A stretch of DNA of 64,000 bases from Desulfobacterales bacterium (GCA_046484745.1 JAWOIJ010000024.1:2787-66786); one strand, 5' to 3'; counted from the stretch's first letter, positions 20,014 to 29,905 are shown. Translations and numbers: made by a program. The notes: generated by a model from the letters alone, not told the origin.

Positions 20014-20100
20014 ATGATGAACATATTCTCAGGCAGCTTTAGCTATTCTTATTTCTGGTGGTACTATTTTATCACCGGTCTGCCTGGCTGTACGCGCTGA
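20014..20100 (+). CDS. Putative attenuator leader peptide MMNIFSGSFSYSYFWWYYFITGLPGCTR
   Basis: 28 codons, 10 aromatic (4F, 4Y, 2W), directly upstream of terminators and the aro operon; weak SD. Confidence 0.85.
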   Translation: MMNIFSGSFSYSYFWWYYFITGLPGCTR

Positions 20101-20125
20101 TTCATAAGAAACATATAAAGCAAAC

Positions 20126-20161
20126 AAAGCCGTGAGCAGAACCAAAATTCACGGCTTTTTT
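20126..20161 (+). terminator. Attenuator terminator hairpin 1
   Basis: aaagccgtga...tcacggcttt followed by further T residues. Confidence 0.7.
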
Positions 20162-20165
20162 AATT

Positions 20166-20201
20166 GGGGCCGTGAAAATCGTTTTCACGGCCCTTTTTTT
20201 T
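20166..20201 (+). terminator. Attenuator terminator hairpin 2
   Basis: gggccgtgaaaa-tcg-ttttcacggccc followed by T8. Confidence 0.85.
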
Positions 20202-20231
20202 ACTTTCTATAACAAAAGGGAGAACAGTGCC

Positions 20232-21032
20232 ATGACAATCCTCGGGAAAAAAATCAGAATGGAAAGAATTATTAATCGGAATACACGCAAAACCGTGATT
20301 GTTCCAATGGATCACGGAATTTCAGTCGGACCGATACCAGGCGTGATTGACATGAAAAGTGCGGTTCAAAACGTCGCTGAGGGAGGAGCAAACGCGATTG
20401 TCGAACATAAAGGCCTTGTGGGTGAAGGCCATCGCGGGCAGGGAAATGATATCGGGCTGATCATTCATCTCTCCGCATCAACCAATTTGTCACCCTACCC
20501 TCACGCGAAAACGCTTGTCTGCTCGGTAGAGGAAGCCATCAAGCTCGGTGCGGATGCGATATCGATTCATATCAATCTGGGAAACGGGCAGGAGAAAGAG
20601 ATGCTTAAGGATTTTGGCAGAGTCAGCTACGAAGCAAGAACCTGGGGAATGCCGCTTCTCGCGATGATATACCCGCGTGGCGAGAAAATTACAGACGAAT
20701 ATCATGTGGATGTCATCAAACATGCGGCAAGGGTTGGTAACGAAATGGGTGCGGACATTGTAAAGGTCTCCTATACGGGAAGCCCGGAGTCTTTCCGCAA
20801 GGTAGTCGAAGGATGTTCCATACCGGTCGTAATCGCTGGGGGTGCAAAAATGGATTCCGATCAGGAAATTCTTGAAATGGTAAAGGGTTCGATAGAGGCA
20901 GGCGGTGCGGGTGTTTCTATCGGTCGAAATGTTTTTCAGCATGAAAACCCGAAAAAAATGGTTAAAGCCATCTCCTCCATTGTACATGGAGGAAAAAGTG
21001 TAGCTGAAGCGCTTGATATTCTAAGCAGCTGA
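20232..21032 (+). CDS. 2-amino-3,7-dideoxy-D-threo-hept-6-ulosonate synthase (class I aldolase, DhnA family)
   Basis: [31 protein letters not shown]; directly precedes DHQ synthase II; start at MTILGK (SD GGGAG). Confidence 0.88.
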   Translation: MTILGKKIRMERIINRNTRKTVIVPMDHGISVGPIPGVIDMKSAVQNVAEGGANAIVEHKGLVGEGHRGQGNDIGLIIHLSASTNLSPYPHAKTLVCSVEEAIKLGADAISIHINLGNGQEKEMLKDFGRVSYEARTWGMPLLAMIYPRGEKITDEYHVDVIKHAARVGNEMGADIVKVSYTGSPESFRKVVEGCSIPVVIAGGAKMDSDQEILEMVKGSIEAGGAGVSIGRNVFQHENPKKMVKAISSIVHGGKSVAEALDILSS

Positions 21033-21150
21033 AGTAATCGTTCGATATCACATTCACGATACGATTTGTGATCGAAACCATTTCAGACGGAAACGGAAAT
21101 GGATTTCGAATTCAGGAAAGGGCCGATAAGGCAAACGGAGGCACAAAACA

Positions 21151-22143
21151 ATGCGTAAGATCTGGGTTAAAGTTGATCCGTGGAATAAAAAACTGGTTAC
21201 AACCGCACTTGAAGGTGGAGCAGACGCAATCATGGTTCCGAAAGGCTATTCCAGACAGGTTAAAGAACTGGGAAGGATTACAACCATCTCGGACGATGGC
21301 GATTTGAAGCCGGATCAGGATGTTGTGTTCTTTACCATAAAAAGCGGAAAAGATGAAGAAGAGATCTTAAAGCTTTGCCAGAGCAAGAAAGTTATTTTAC
21401 ACTGCACAGACTGGACGATCATTCCCCTTGAAAACCTGATTGCAAAAGGAGCGGAAGTGATTGCGCAGGTTCAGAATCTTGAAGAAGCACAGACGGCATT
21501 TGGCATTCTGGAAAAAGGGGTGAGCCATATTCTCTTTCATACACAGAATCCAATTGAGTTGAAACGATCTCTTTCCAGGCTTCTTGAAGAAGGAGAAACA
21601 ACCGCCCTTCAACATGCCGAGGTCATTGAGATTGTTCCGGTAGGCATGGGTGACCGTGTTTGCGTGGATACCTGCACTTCGATGTCAATTGGAGAAGGAA
21701 TGCTTGTCGGTAACAGCAGCAGCGCGCTTTTTCTGATTCATTCGGAAAGTATTTCAAACCCATATGTATCTCCTAGACCCTTCCGGGTCAATGCCGGAGC
21801 GGTTCATGCCTATACCAGGGTTCCCGGCGGAAAAACACGGTATCTTTCCGAACTGTCTGCAGGAGACCAGATTCTCATTACGGATTTTAAAGGAAAAACA
21901 AGTACAGGAATCGTCGGAAGGTTAAAAATTGAAAAACGTCCCATGATGCTCCTCAAAGCCAAAATTGGTGATCATGTCGCGACAACGATCCTTCAAAATG
22001 CGGAGACAATCAGGTTGACCGACCCATCCGGAAAGCCGGTATCTGTTGTCTCCCTGAAACCCGGGGACAAAATATTAGCGGCATTGGAGGAAGGCGGGCG
22101 ACATTTTGGCTATAAAATCGATGAAACAATCACTGAAAAATAA
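21151..22143 (+). CDS. 3-dehydroquinate synthase II (archaeal type)
   Basis: DWTIIPLENLIA, GDRVCVDT, RPFRVNAGAVHAY, LQNAETIRL, GRHFG. Confidence 0.93.
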   Translation: MRKIWVKVDPWNKKLVTTALEGGADAIMVPKGYSRQVKELGRITTISDDGDLKPDQDVVFFTIKSGKDEEEILKLCQSKKVILHCTDWTIIPLENLIAKGAEVIAQVQNLEEAQTAFGILEKGVSHILFHTQNPIELKRSLSRLLEEGETTALQHAEVIEIVPVGMGDRVCVDTCTSMSIGEGMLVGNSSSALFLIHSESISNPYVSPRPFRVNAGAVHAYTRVPGGKTRYLSELSAGDQILITDFKGKTSTGIVGRLKIEKRPMMLLKAKIGDHVATTILQNAETIRLTDPSGKPVSVVSLKPGDKILAALEEGGRHFGYKIDETITEK

Positions 22144-22155
22144 CGTGGAGAAAAG

Positions 22156-23265
22156 ATGACCGGAGAGAAAAAAAATATTGCCGGGATGGCCGCAGATTCC
22201 ATTGAATCTCTTATAAATTCAATAAATTTGATTGACAATCAACTGCTGAACCTGATCAATAAGCGGGTTGAATTCGTGCTGAAGATGGGGGCGCTGCAAC
22301 AAGAAACAAATGTGGAAACCCTCCTTCATTCTGATGAAGAAAGATCGATAAGGCGGCTTTTGGAAGTGAATTCCGGTCCCCTTGATCCAAAAAAAATACG
22401 AACGTTGTTTAAAAATATATTTTCCCTGTCACAAGAGGCTATCAAGCCTCGACGCATTTCTTACCTGGGACCGGAAGCAACCTTTACTCATATCGCGGCC
22501 ATCAATCATTTTGGAGACTCAGCCTCGTTTCTGCCGCAACCCGGTATCCGGGATGTGTTTCTTGAAGTGGAAAAAGAAAGATGTGATTTCGGAGTGGTTC
22601 CGGTTGAAAATTCAATTGAAGGATCTGTAAATTATACCCTGGACCTGTTTTTTGAATCCAACTTGAAAATTTGTGCTGAAAAATACCTGACCATTTCCCA
22701 TGATCTGCTTTCCAAATCTAAAAAACCGGATGAAATAAAAGTTGTTTATTCTCACCCCCAGCCAATCGCCCAGTGCCGCGGATGGCTTCGCAAGAATATA
22801 CCGAATGCGAGAATTGAGGAATGCAAAAGCACTTCCTTTGCGGCACAAAAGGTTGTCGACATTCAAAATGCGGCGGCAATCGCAAGCAGCGAGGCAGCAA
22901 GAATCTATCATTTGAACGTCGTGGCTTCCCGGATTGAGGACCATCCCAACAACACAACCCGTTTTCTGATTATCGGAAAAAATGAAACCCCCCGGACTGG
23001 AGATGACAAAACATCCATCATGTTTGCAGCAGCTCATGTTCCCGGGTCTCTTTACAAAACACTGGAACCCATCGCGAAATCCGGAATCAATATGTTGAAA
23101 CTGGAGTCAAGGCCCAGCAAACATGAAAACTGGAGTTATTTTTTCTTTGTAGACCTTGAAGGACATATGGATGACACAAAAATACAGGATACAATTTCAA
23201 AAATGAAAAAGCTTTGCCTTTTTTTGAAAATTCTTGGATCCTATCCAAAATCAATCGACATGTAA
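22156..23265 (+). CDS. pheA: Chorismate mutase/prephenate dehydratase (CM domain degenerate)
   Basis: YLGPEATFTH, PVENSIEGSV, NTTRF, ACT domain KLESRP, LGSYP. Confidence 0.92.
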   Translation: MTGEKKNIAGMAADSIESLINSINLIDNQLLNLINKRVEFVLKMGALQQETNVETLLHSDEERSIRRLLEVNSGPLDPKKIRTLFKNIFSLSQEAIKPRRISYLGPEATFTHIAAINHFGDSASFLPQPGIRDVFLEVEKERCDFGVVPVENSIEGSVNYTLDLFFESNLKICAEKYLTISHDLLSKSKKPDEIKVVYSHPQPIAQCRGWLRKNIPNARIEECKSTSFAAQKVVDIQNAAAIASSEAARIYHLNVVASRIEDHPNNTTRFLIIGKNETPRTGDDKTSIMFAAAHVPGSLYKTLEPIAKSGINMLKLESRPSKHENWSYFFFVDLEGHMDDTKIQDTISKMKKLCLFLKILGSYPKSIDM

Positions 23266-23318
23266 GACGATTTTCAAACAACAATTTGCAACTTAGCGTT
23301 AACAGGAATAAATTTCAC

Positions 23319-24128
23319 ATGAAAATAGATACAACAACTTCCCTCTTTGGTGTTATCGGAGATCCGGTCGCACACAGTTTAAGTCCGGTCATGCATAACA
23401 GAGCCTTTTCCGAGATCGGGTATAACGCTATCTACCTGGCCTTTCATGTCACCGATCTCGCATCGGCGATCAAAGGTGTAAAGGGACTCGGGATAAAAGG
23501 TCTCAGCGTAACCATACCGCACAAGGTGTCGATCATGAGCTTGTTGGATGAGATCGATGAAATGGCTGAAAAGATCGGTGCGGTCAATACGGTTGTGAAC
23601 AAGAGCGGAAAGCTCTTTGGATATAATACAGACTGTCTTGGCGCTATCCATGCGCTTCGAGAAAAAACCGATATCAAAAATAAAAATATTTTAATGATCG
23701 GCGCAGGAGGTGCTGCCCGGGCCATTGGTTTCGGAATTTTATCAGAAGGCGGGAATCTCACCATTATCAATATTTTAGAAGATGAGGGAAAGGCGCTGTC
23801 TGAAATCCTTGGAGTCCCCTATTATCATCTTTCTGAATTCCGCGGCTTTGAATATGATATCCTGATCAACACCACGCCTGTTGGAATGTCTCCCAGGATG
23901 AATAAAATGCCGGTAGAGCCGATCGACCTGAGACCCGACAAGGTAGTGATGGATATCATTTATAACCCCTTAAAGACAATGCTCATGGCAGAGGCTGAAA
24001 AAATCGGATGTTCTACCGTAGATGGTGTTTCCATGTTTGTACACCAGGGCGCGGCGCAATTTGAAATGTGGACAGGAAAAAAAGCACCTGTTGAAATTAT
24101 GCGGCATACGGTATTAAATGAACTATAG
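23319..24128 (+). CDS. aroE: Shikimate dehydrogenase
   Basis: HSLSPVMHN, SVTIPHK, GAVNT, NTD, GAGGAA; start at MKIDTT. Confidence 0.95.
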   Translation: MKIDTTTSLFGVIGDPVAHSLSPVMHNRAFSEIGYNAIYLAFHVTDLASAIKGVKGLGIKGLSVTIPHKVSIMSLLDEIDEMAEKIGAVNTVVNKSGKLFGYNTDCLGAIHALREKTDIKNKNILMIGAGGAARAIGFGILSEGGNLTIINILEDEGKALSEILGVPYYHLSEFRGFEYDILINTTPVGMSPRMNKMPVEPIDLRPDKVVMDIIYNPLKTMLMAEAEKIGCSTVDGVSMFVHQGAAQFEMWTGKKAPVEIMRHTVLNEL

Positions 24129-24221
24129 GAAAGGATCTTCCTGAAATAAAAACAGTCGCAAGAATTTTAATCTGTTGTTTTATAAGGGAACCCCGGGCAT
24201 GAAATCTAACTGGATTTTACG

Positions 24222-25484
24222 ATGATCGAAATTAAAAATGGAAAAATTAAGAATTCGGACATAACCGTTCCGGGTTCTAAAAGTTATACGCATCGTCTCC
24301 TGATTGCGGCAGCGCTCTCAGACGGCATATGTTTCATCGAAAATATGCTCAAAAGCGAAGATACCCTTTTCACGTTGAAAGCATTAAATCAGATGGGTAT
24401 TCAAACCGAGGATTCCGGCAACCTGCTTAAAATCGAGGGTTCGGCAGGGAACTTGAAACCATGCTCCGATCCCATATATCTCGGAAACTCGGGGACCTCC
24501 ATGAGGCTTTTGACAGGGGTTGCCGTGCTTGGGAAAGGAACCTACTCCCTCACGGGCACCAAAAGGATGGGAGAACGTCCCATCGGTGACCTCCTGGAAG
24601 GATTGAGCCAGGTCGGTGTAAACGCGAAATCCATCAATGGGAATGGCTGCCCTCCGGTTGAAATCCGCGGCGGAAACCGTTCAGGTGGAAAGGTTAATCT
24701 CAAGTGCCATATCAGCAGTCAATACCTCTCTTCGCTTCTTCTGATTGCACCATGCTTGGAGAATGGCCTTGAAATAAACGTAACAAAAGGCCCTGTTTCC
24801 AAACCATACATTGATATGACAATTGACATTATGAACCGGCTCGGTGTGGAACTGGAGCGCCAAGGCTACACATATTATAAAATTCCCGGCAACCAGAATT
24901 ACCAGCCGGGAAAATATACGGTTGAACCGGACTGCTCACAGGCAGGTTATTTCTGGGCTGCTGCTGCAATCACCGGCGCGACCATTAAAGTGAACGGCGT
25001 GACAAAAAACTCCCGCCAGGGCGATATCGGATTCGCGGATGTTCTTGAAAAAATGGGATGCACCGTAATCTACGAGAACGATGGGATTACGGTTACCGGT
25101 GGAGAACTGTTCGGCATCGAAGTTGATATGTCCAATATGCCGGATATCGTTCCAACCCTATCCGTTGTGGCTGCCTTTGCAAAAGGAAAAACGATAATTC
25201 AAAATGTTGCCCACCTGAAGGAAAAGGAAAGCGACCGGATCGGATCTGTTGCAAAGGAGTTGAATAAAATGGGGATCGATGCAAAAGCCGGTGAAAGCGG
25301 TCTGGTTATCACGGGGGGCACTCCCAGAGGCGCGGAAATTGAAACGTATGATGATCACCGGATGGCGATGAGCTTTTCAGTAGCAGGACTTGTTGTCCCG
25401 AAAGTACATATCAAAAATGAGGGTTGCGTTGACAAGTCATTCCCCAATTACTGGGAGGTTTTTGGAGGGCTCTATCAATCATGA
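24222..25484 (+). CDS. aroA: EPSP synthase
   Basis: PGSKSYTHR, GNSGTSMR, SSQYLS, KESDR, DDHRMAM, KSFP. Confidence 0.96.
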   Translation: MIEIKNGKIKNSDITVPGSKSYTHRLLIAAALSDGICFIENMLKSEDTLFTLKALNQMGIQTEDSGNLLKIEGSAGNLKPCSDPIYLGNSGTSMRLLTGVAVLGKGTYSLTGTKRMGERPIGDLLEGLSQVGVNAKSINGNGCPPVEIRGGNRSGGKVNLKCHISSQYLSSLLLIAPCLENGLEINVTKGPVSKPYIDMTIDIMNRLGVELERQGYTYYKIPGNQNYQPGKYTVEPDCSQAGYFWAAAAITGATIKVNGVTKNSRQGDIGFADVLEKMGCTVIYENDGITVTGGELFGIEVDMSNMPDIVPTLSVVAAFAKGKTIIQNVAHLKEKESDRIGSVAKELNKMGIDAKAGESGLVITGGTPRGAEIETYDDHRMAMSFSVAGLVVPKVHIKNEGCVDKSFPNYWEVFGGLYQS

Positions 25485-26002
25485 ACATTTATCTCATCGG
25501 GTATCGTTGTACCGGGAAAACAACTGTAGGAAAGATTCTCGCCGGAAAACTCGGGTGGCCGGTTATGGATTCAGATATCGAGCTTGTACATGAAGAGGGA
25601 CGTCCCATATCTGAAATTGTAGAGAGTCAGGGATGGGAGGCATTCCGAAGTATTGAAAAAAACGTAATTCAAAAGCTCAGCTTGCTGGATCATCATGTGA
25701 TTGCAACCGGAGGCGGTGCCGTGTTGAATGGCGAGAATGTCAGCACGATGAAAAAAAGTGGAAAACTGGTATGGCTCAAGGCAACGCCTGAAACCATACA
25801 CAGAAGAATGACCATGGACTGCGAGACCGAAAAATCAAGACCGGCACTGACGGACAAGGGGGTTTTCGGGGAGATAGAAGAAACGCTGAACATCCGAAAT
25901 CCCATTTATCAGGCAGCCATGGATATTGCCATTGATACGGATCAGCTGACGCCTGAAGATATTTGCAGCATTATCCAGGAAAAGCTGACAGGTGAACCAT
26001 GA
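25481..26002 (+). CDS. aroK: Shikimate kinase
   Basis: GYRCTGKTT P-loop, FRSIE, ATGGG, RP. Confidence 0.92.
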   Translation: MNIYLIGYRCTGKTTVGKILAGKLGWPVMDSDIELVHEEGRPISEIVESQGWEAFRSIEKNVIQKLSLLDHHVIATGGGAVLNGENVSTMKKSGKLVWLKATPETIHRRMTMDCETEKSRPALTDKGVFGEIEETLNIRNPIYQAAMDIAIDTDQLTPEDICSIIQEKLTGEP

Positions 26003-26023
26003 TCTGCCCGAAAAGGAGAGGCT

Positions 26024-27076
26024 ATGCCCGGTAACACCTTTGGAAAATTATTCAGGATAACAACCTTTGGAGAATCTCATGGAAAGGCTGTTGGTGTCGT
26101 AATTGACGGCTGCCCTCCAAAGATCCCTCTTGACGAGCAGATCGTTCAAACAATGCTTGATCAAAGACGTCCGGGTAGATCCATTGCAAGTACAACCCGA
26201 AAAGAACAGGATCAGGCGGAGATCCTGTCAGGGATATTTGAAAACAGGACAACCGGAACACCCATAACAATCCTGGTAAAAAACAAGGATGCCGACTCAT
26301 CATCCTATCAGGGCATCGCAGATTTATTTAGACCCGGGCATGGTGATTTTACCTATCAGGCAAAATATGGAATCCGTGACTTTCGAGGAGGAGGACGCGC
26401 CTCTGCTCGTGAAACGGTTGCACGGGTGGCCGCCGGTGCAGTTGCCGGGGCTGTTCTATCAAAAATCGGGACAGAGGTCTCAGCCTATACGATAGAACTT
26501 GGAGGTATAAAAGCCCGAAAGCGTGATGCCGATGAGATCACAAACAACATGTTCTGCTGTCCGGATTCCGTCGCAGCCGGGAAAATGGAACACCGTATAA
26601 ACGAAGTTCGCAAGATGGGGAACTCCGTTGGCGGTATTGTTGAAATTATCGCAAAAGGTGTTCCGAAAGGGCTGGGAGATCCTGTTTTTGACAAACTGGA
26701 TGCAGGTCTTGCCGGAGCATTGATGAGCATAGGGGCTGTAAAAGGTGTTGAGATCGGAGCGGGTTTTCGTGCTGCCGGCATGCTCGGATCTGAAAACAAC
26801 GATCCGATTACACCAGAGGGATTTGAAACAAACCATTCAGGAGGCATTCTGGCGGGTATTTCAAACGGAGATCATATCGTCATCCGTGTGGCGGTAAAAC
26901 CCATACCCTCTATAGCCATTGATCAAAAAACGGTTGATCGTTTTAACAAACCGAAAACGGTTTCAATACAAGGAAGACATGACATATCCGCAATTCCCAG
27001 AATAAATGTCGTCTGCAAAGCCATGGTTCAACTTGTGCTTGTCGATCATTTACTCCGGCAGAATGCGATTTCATGA
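26024..27076 (+). CDS. aroC: Chorismate synthase
   Basis: [38 protein letters not shown]. Confidence 0.97.
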   Translation: MPGNTFGKLFRITTFGESHGKAVGVVIDGCPPKIPLDEQIVQTMLDQRRPGRSIASTTRKEQDQAEILSGIFENRTTGTPITILVKNKDADSSSYQGIADLFRPGHGDFTYQAKYGIRDFRGGGRASARETVARVAAGAVAGAVLSKIGTEVSAYTIELGGIKARKRDADEITNNMFCCPDSVAAGKMEHRINEVRKMGNSVGGIVEIIAKGVPKGLGDPVFDKLDAGLAGALMSIGAVKGVEIGAGFRAAGMLGSENNDPITPEGFETNHSGGILAGISNGDHIVIRVAVKPIPSIAIDQKTVDRFNKPKTVSIQGRHDISAIPRINVVCKAMVQLVLVDHLLRQNAIS

Positions 27077-27174
27077 AAAAGTTGCCGGTTCTGATCGCAG
27101 ACGATCCAAGTCGTGCAATTCTTTTTCCTTCAAACAGGTATCGATACCATCAGACTCAAACATAGTTGTATCAC

Positions 27175-28395
27175 ATGATGTCAGATTTATTTTTAGAAAA
27201 CTCATTGTCAAAAACAGATGTATATGTTGCGAAAGGGGATACTCCCTATGGCAACACCCGCAAGGTATTGTCCCAGATGGACCTTTCTTTTTTTAAAAAA
27301 AAGAAAGTCCTGCTGAAACCGAATGTCGGAAGAATCGCACCTGTCGGGAAAGGCATCACCACGGATCCGATGGTAGTCGCAGCCGCAATAGATTTTTTTC
27401 GTGAAAATGACGCGGATGTCGCTATCGGTGAAAGCCCGATCGTAGGTGTCGATACAATGGCGGCATTTCGTTCCGCAGGAATCGAAACGATCGCAAAAAA
27501 GCGTAACTGCAAATTGATTGATTTGAATGTGGGAAAATATGTCACAATGCCCGCGCCTGATGGAAAAGCGATCCAGGAGTTCAAGGTTTGCCATCCGGTT
27601 TTTGAATATGATTGTATCGTATCCATCCCCGTTATGAAAATGCATATGCACACATGCGTGTCGCTGTCGATCAAAAACATGAAAGGCTGCCTGTGGCGGC
27701 GCAGCAAGGTTGACCTGCATATGCTGCCTCCGGTCGAAGGCATGGATGAAAAACCGATAGATGTTGCCATTGCGGATATGGCGGGTGTTCTGCGGCCACA
27801 TTTGGCAATCATCGATGGCACGGTTGGAATGGAAGGATTGGGACCGAGTGCCGGCACGGCAAAACCTCTTGGCGTAGTTGTCGCCGGCATTGATTCTTTT
27901 GCGGCAGATGCCGTTGCCTGCAGGCTGATGGGAACCAGCGCGGAAAAAGTTCCTCATTTACGAATGGGCGCGGAACGCAATTATGGAATTATTGACATTG
28001 CCAGGCTGTCCATAACACCTGAAGGATGGGAAGACTGGTCTTCTCCATTCTCCCCGCCGCCGGAGAACTTGTCCATCGAGTTCCCGAATATCAGGGTTCA
28101 TGACAGAAATTCATGCAGTGCCTGCCAATCGACGCTGCTTCTCTTCCTGAAACGATACAGAACAAAAATACTCGACTACTTTCCTCAAGACACAATCATC
28201 AATTTCGCCATTGGCAAAGGGCATGATGGTATTCCCGAAAACACAATTTGCATCGGCAACTGTACAAATGACATTCGACAAAACAGAACCTTCATAAAAG
28301 GCTGCCCTCCTGTTGCCAGTGAAATCATGCGCGGGATAACCGGGAAAGCCTCGATTGATGTTCTGGATGGTAAGATTGAAATCCCTGATGATTGA
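27175..28395 (+). CDS. DUF362 family protein with C-terminal Cys motifs (probable Fe-S)
   Basis: VLLKPN, PVMKMH, SIKNMKG, DG..GMEGLGP; CSAC, CIGNC, GCPP. Confidence 0.8.
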   Translation: MMSDLFLENSLSKTDVYVAKGDTPYGNTRKVLSQMDLSFFKKKKVLLKPNVGRIAPVGKGITTDPMVVAAAIDFFRENDADVAIGESPIVGVDTMAAFRSAGIETIAKKRNCKLIDLNVGKYVTMPAPDGKAIQEFKVCHPVFEYDCIVSIPVMKMHMHTCVSLSIKNMKGCLWRRSKVDLHMLPPVEGMDEKPIDVAIADMAGVLRPHLAIIDGTVGMEGLGPSAGTAKPLGVVVAGIDSFAADAVACRLMGTSAEKVPHLRMGAERNYGIIDIARLSITPEGWEDWSSPFSPPPENLSIEFPNIRVHDRNSCSACQSTLLLFLKRYRTKILDYFPQDTIINFAIGKGHDGIPENTICIGNCTNDIRQNRTFIKGCPPVASEIMRGITGKASIDVLDGKIEIPDD

Positions 28396-28407
28396 TTTGC
28401 ATCATTG

Positions 28408-29412
28408 CTACAAGCGGTAAACAATACTTCCCCAGGTCAGACCGGCACCCAGTCCGATGAATAAAATCGTATCCCCTGCAACGGCTTTCCTGCTTTCAAT
28501 CACTTCATCCAAAGCGATCGGAATACTTGCGGCTGTGGTATTTCCATATTTATGAATGTTGTTGAATATTTTCTTATCTTCAAGATTCATGGCTTTCTGA
28601 AAAGCCTGATTAATTCTAAGATTTGCCTGATGAGGAATTACCAGATCGATATCGTTTATTGTCAAACCGGCTTTATCCAATACTTCACCGGCAACTTCCG
28701 GAAGCCTTCGGACAGCGTTTTTAAAAACAGCCCTGCCATCCATTTTCGGGTAATGTCTTCCTTCTTTGATCATCTCTTCATTGATGCTTGGAGCGCACCT
28801 GAATGTCGGGGCTTCAATCATCAAACTGCGATAAAATTCTCCCTGGGAATGCAGCGCTGAAGCCAGAATTCCGATAGGTTCATCCGTTTCAACACCTTCG
28901 AGGCAAACCGCTCCGGCGCCATCTCCGAAAAGTACAGCCACATCGCGACCTCGTGTAGAGATATCAATCCCTCGACTGTGAATTTCCGCACCGACAAAAA
29001 GAACGCGGTTGGCCTGTCCGCTGCGAATGAACGCATCTGCGGTTGCCATTCCATAAAAAAAACCGGAACATTGCTGCCGGATATCCAGAGCAGGCGTGGT
29101 ATGAAGTCCGAGCAAATGCTGAAGCAGGCACCCGGAGCCGGGGAAAAAAAGGTCCGGGCTGAGTGATGCAAAAATAATCAAATCGAGATCTTCCGGTGTC
29201 CATCTCGCCTTCTCAAGCGCCTTTTTCGCTGCCTCTGCTCCAAGATCGGAAGGCCCGATTTCCTCATCTTCCGGAACCCAGTAGCGTTGCTCTATTCCGG
29301 TTCTCTGTCTTATCCATTCATCCGAGGTGTCCATCAGTTTGGAAATATCGTCATTGGTTACCAGCCGCTTGGGAAGATGACGTCCGGTACCCTTGATAAC
29401 AGTTTTTTTCAT
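28408..29412 (-). CDS. fabH: 3-oxoacyl-ACP synthase III (FabH-like)
   Basis: DTSDEWIRQRTGI, QCSGF, HQAN, GNTTAASIP (Cys-His-Asn triad). Confidence 0.88.
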   Translation of the reverse strand: MKKTVIKGTGRHLPKRLVTNDDISKLMDTSDEWIRQRTGIEQRYWVPEDEEIGPSDLGAEAAKKALEKARWTPEDLDLIIFASLSPDLFFPGSGCLLQHLLGLHTTPALDIRQQCSGFFYGMATADAFIRSGQANRVLFVGAEIHSRGIDISTRGRDVAVLFGDGAGAVCLEGVETDEPIGILASALHSQGEFYRSLMIEAPTFRCAPSINEEMIKEGRHYPKMDGRAVFKNAVRRLPEVAGEVLDKAGLTINDIDLVIPHQANLRINQAFQKAMNLEDKKIFNNIHKYGNTTAASIPIALDEVIESRKAVAGDTILFIGLGAGLTWGSIVYRL

Positions 29413-29537
29413 TTAATTTCTCCTTGGCGATGCTTGATACGCATTCAATCCAGATATCAAAGGATGTAGAATTCTAATTTTTGTCGAATATGCAATTTTA
29501 CTTCATGCCCGAATACGTTGTCACATGCCTGCTGTAG

Positions 29538-29574
29538 AAAAAAACCATCCTGTAAACGTGTGAGAGCAGGATGG
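29538..29574 (-). terminator. Intrinsic terminator upstream of fabH
   Basis: Minus strand ccatcctg...caggatgg followed by T7. Confidence 0.6.
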
Positions 29575-29649
29575 ATGACCCTGAAGCTATAAGAATTAGG
29601 TACAATATTTGACTGCACATCGTCAAGAATAAGAATAACAGGAGAGAAT

Positions 29650-29686
29650 AAAAAAAGAGCTCCTCGTAAAAACGAAGAGCCCTTTT
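29650..29686 (-). terminator. Intrinsic terminator of the cold-shock gene
   Basis: Minus strand aaaagggctcttcgt-tttt-acgaggagctc followed by T7, 18 nt after the stop. Confidence 0.8.
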
Positions 29687-29704
29687 CAGCAAAAAGCTTA
29701 TGAA

Positions 29705-29905
29705 CTAAGTTCGTTGAACGTTTTTCGCAGCCGGCCCTTTTTCTGTTTCCTCAACTTCGAATGAGACGCGATCACCTTCTGATAACGTTTTGAATCCATC
29801 CATGTTAATCGCGCTATGATGAACAAAAATATCGCCGCCCTCTTCCTGTTCAATAAATCCAAATCCTTTTTTATTACTGAACCATTTCACAATTCCATTA
29901 GCCAA
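29705..29905 (-). CDS. Cold-shock protein (CspA family)
   Basis: [21 protein letters not shown]; TTG start with SD AAGGAG. Confidence 0.95.
   Translation of the reverse strand: MANGIVKWFSNKKGFGFIEQEEGGDIFVHHSAINMDGFKTLSEGDRVSFEVEETEKGPAAKNVQRT

Noticed and set aside
20172-20231. GTG start for ADH synthase given by the ORF track
   Set aside because: Lies inside terminator hairpin 2; ATG 20232 has an SD and matches the family N-terminus
21085-21112. Hairpin between ADH synthase and DHQ synthase II as a terminator
   Set aside because: Imperfect stem with no U-tract; at most an mRNA stability element
28408-29412. OleA (olefin biosynthesis) partner for the Pfa product
   Set aside because: Sequence has FabH hallmarks (DTSDEWI..RTGI, HQAN) and no oleB/C/D genes are present
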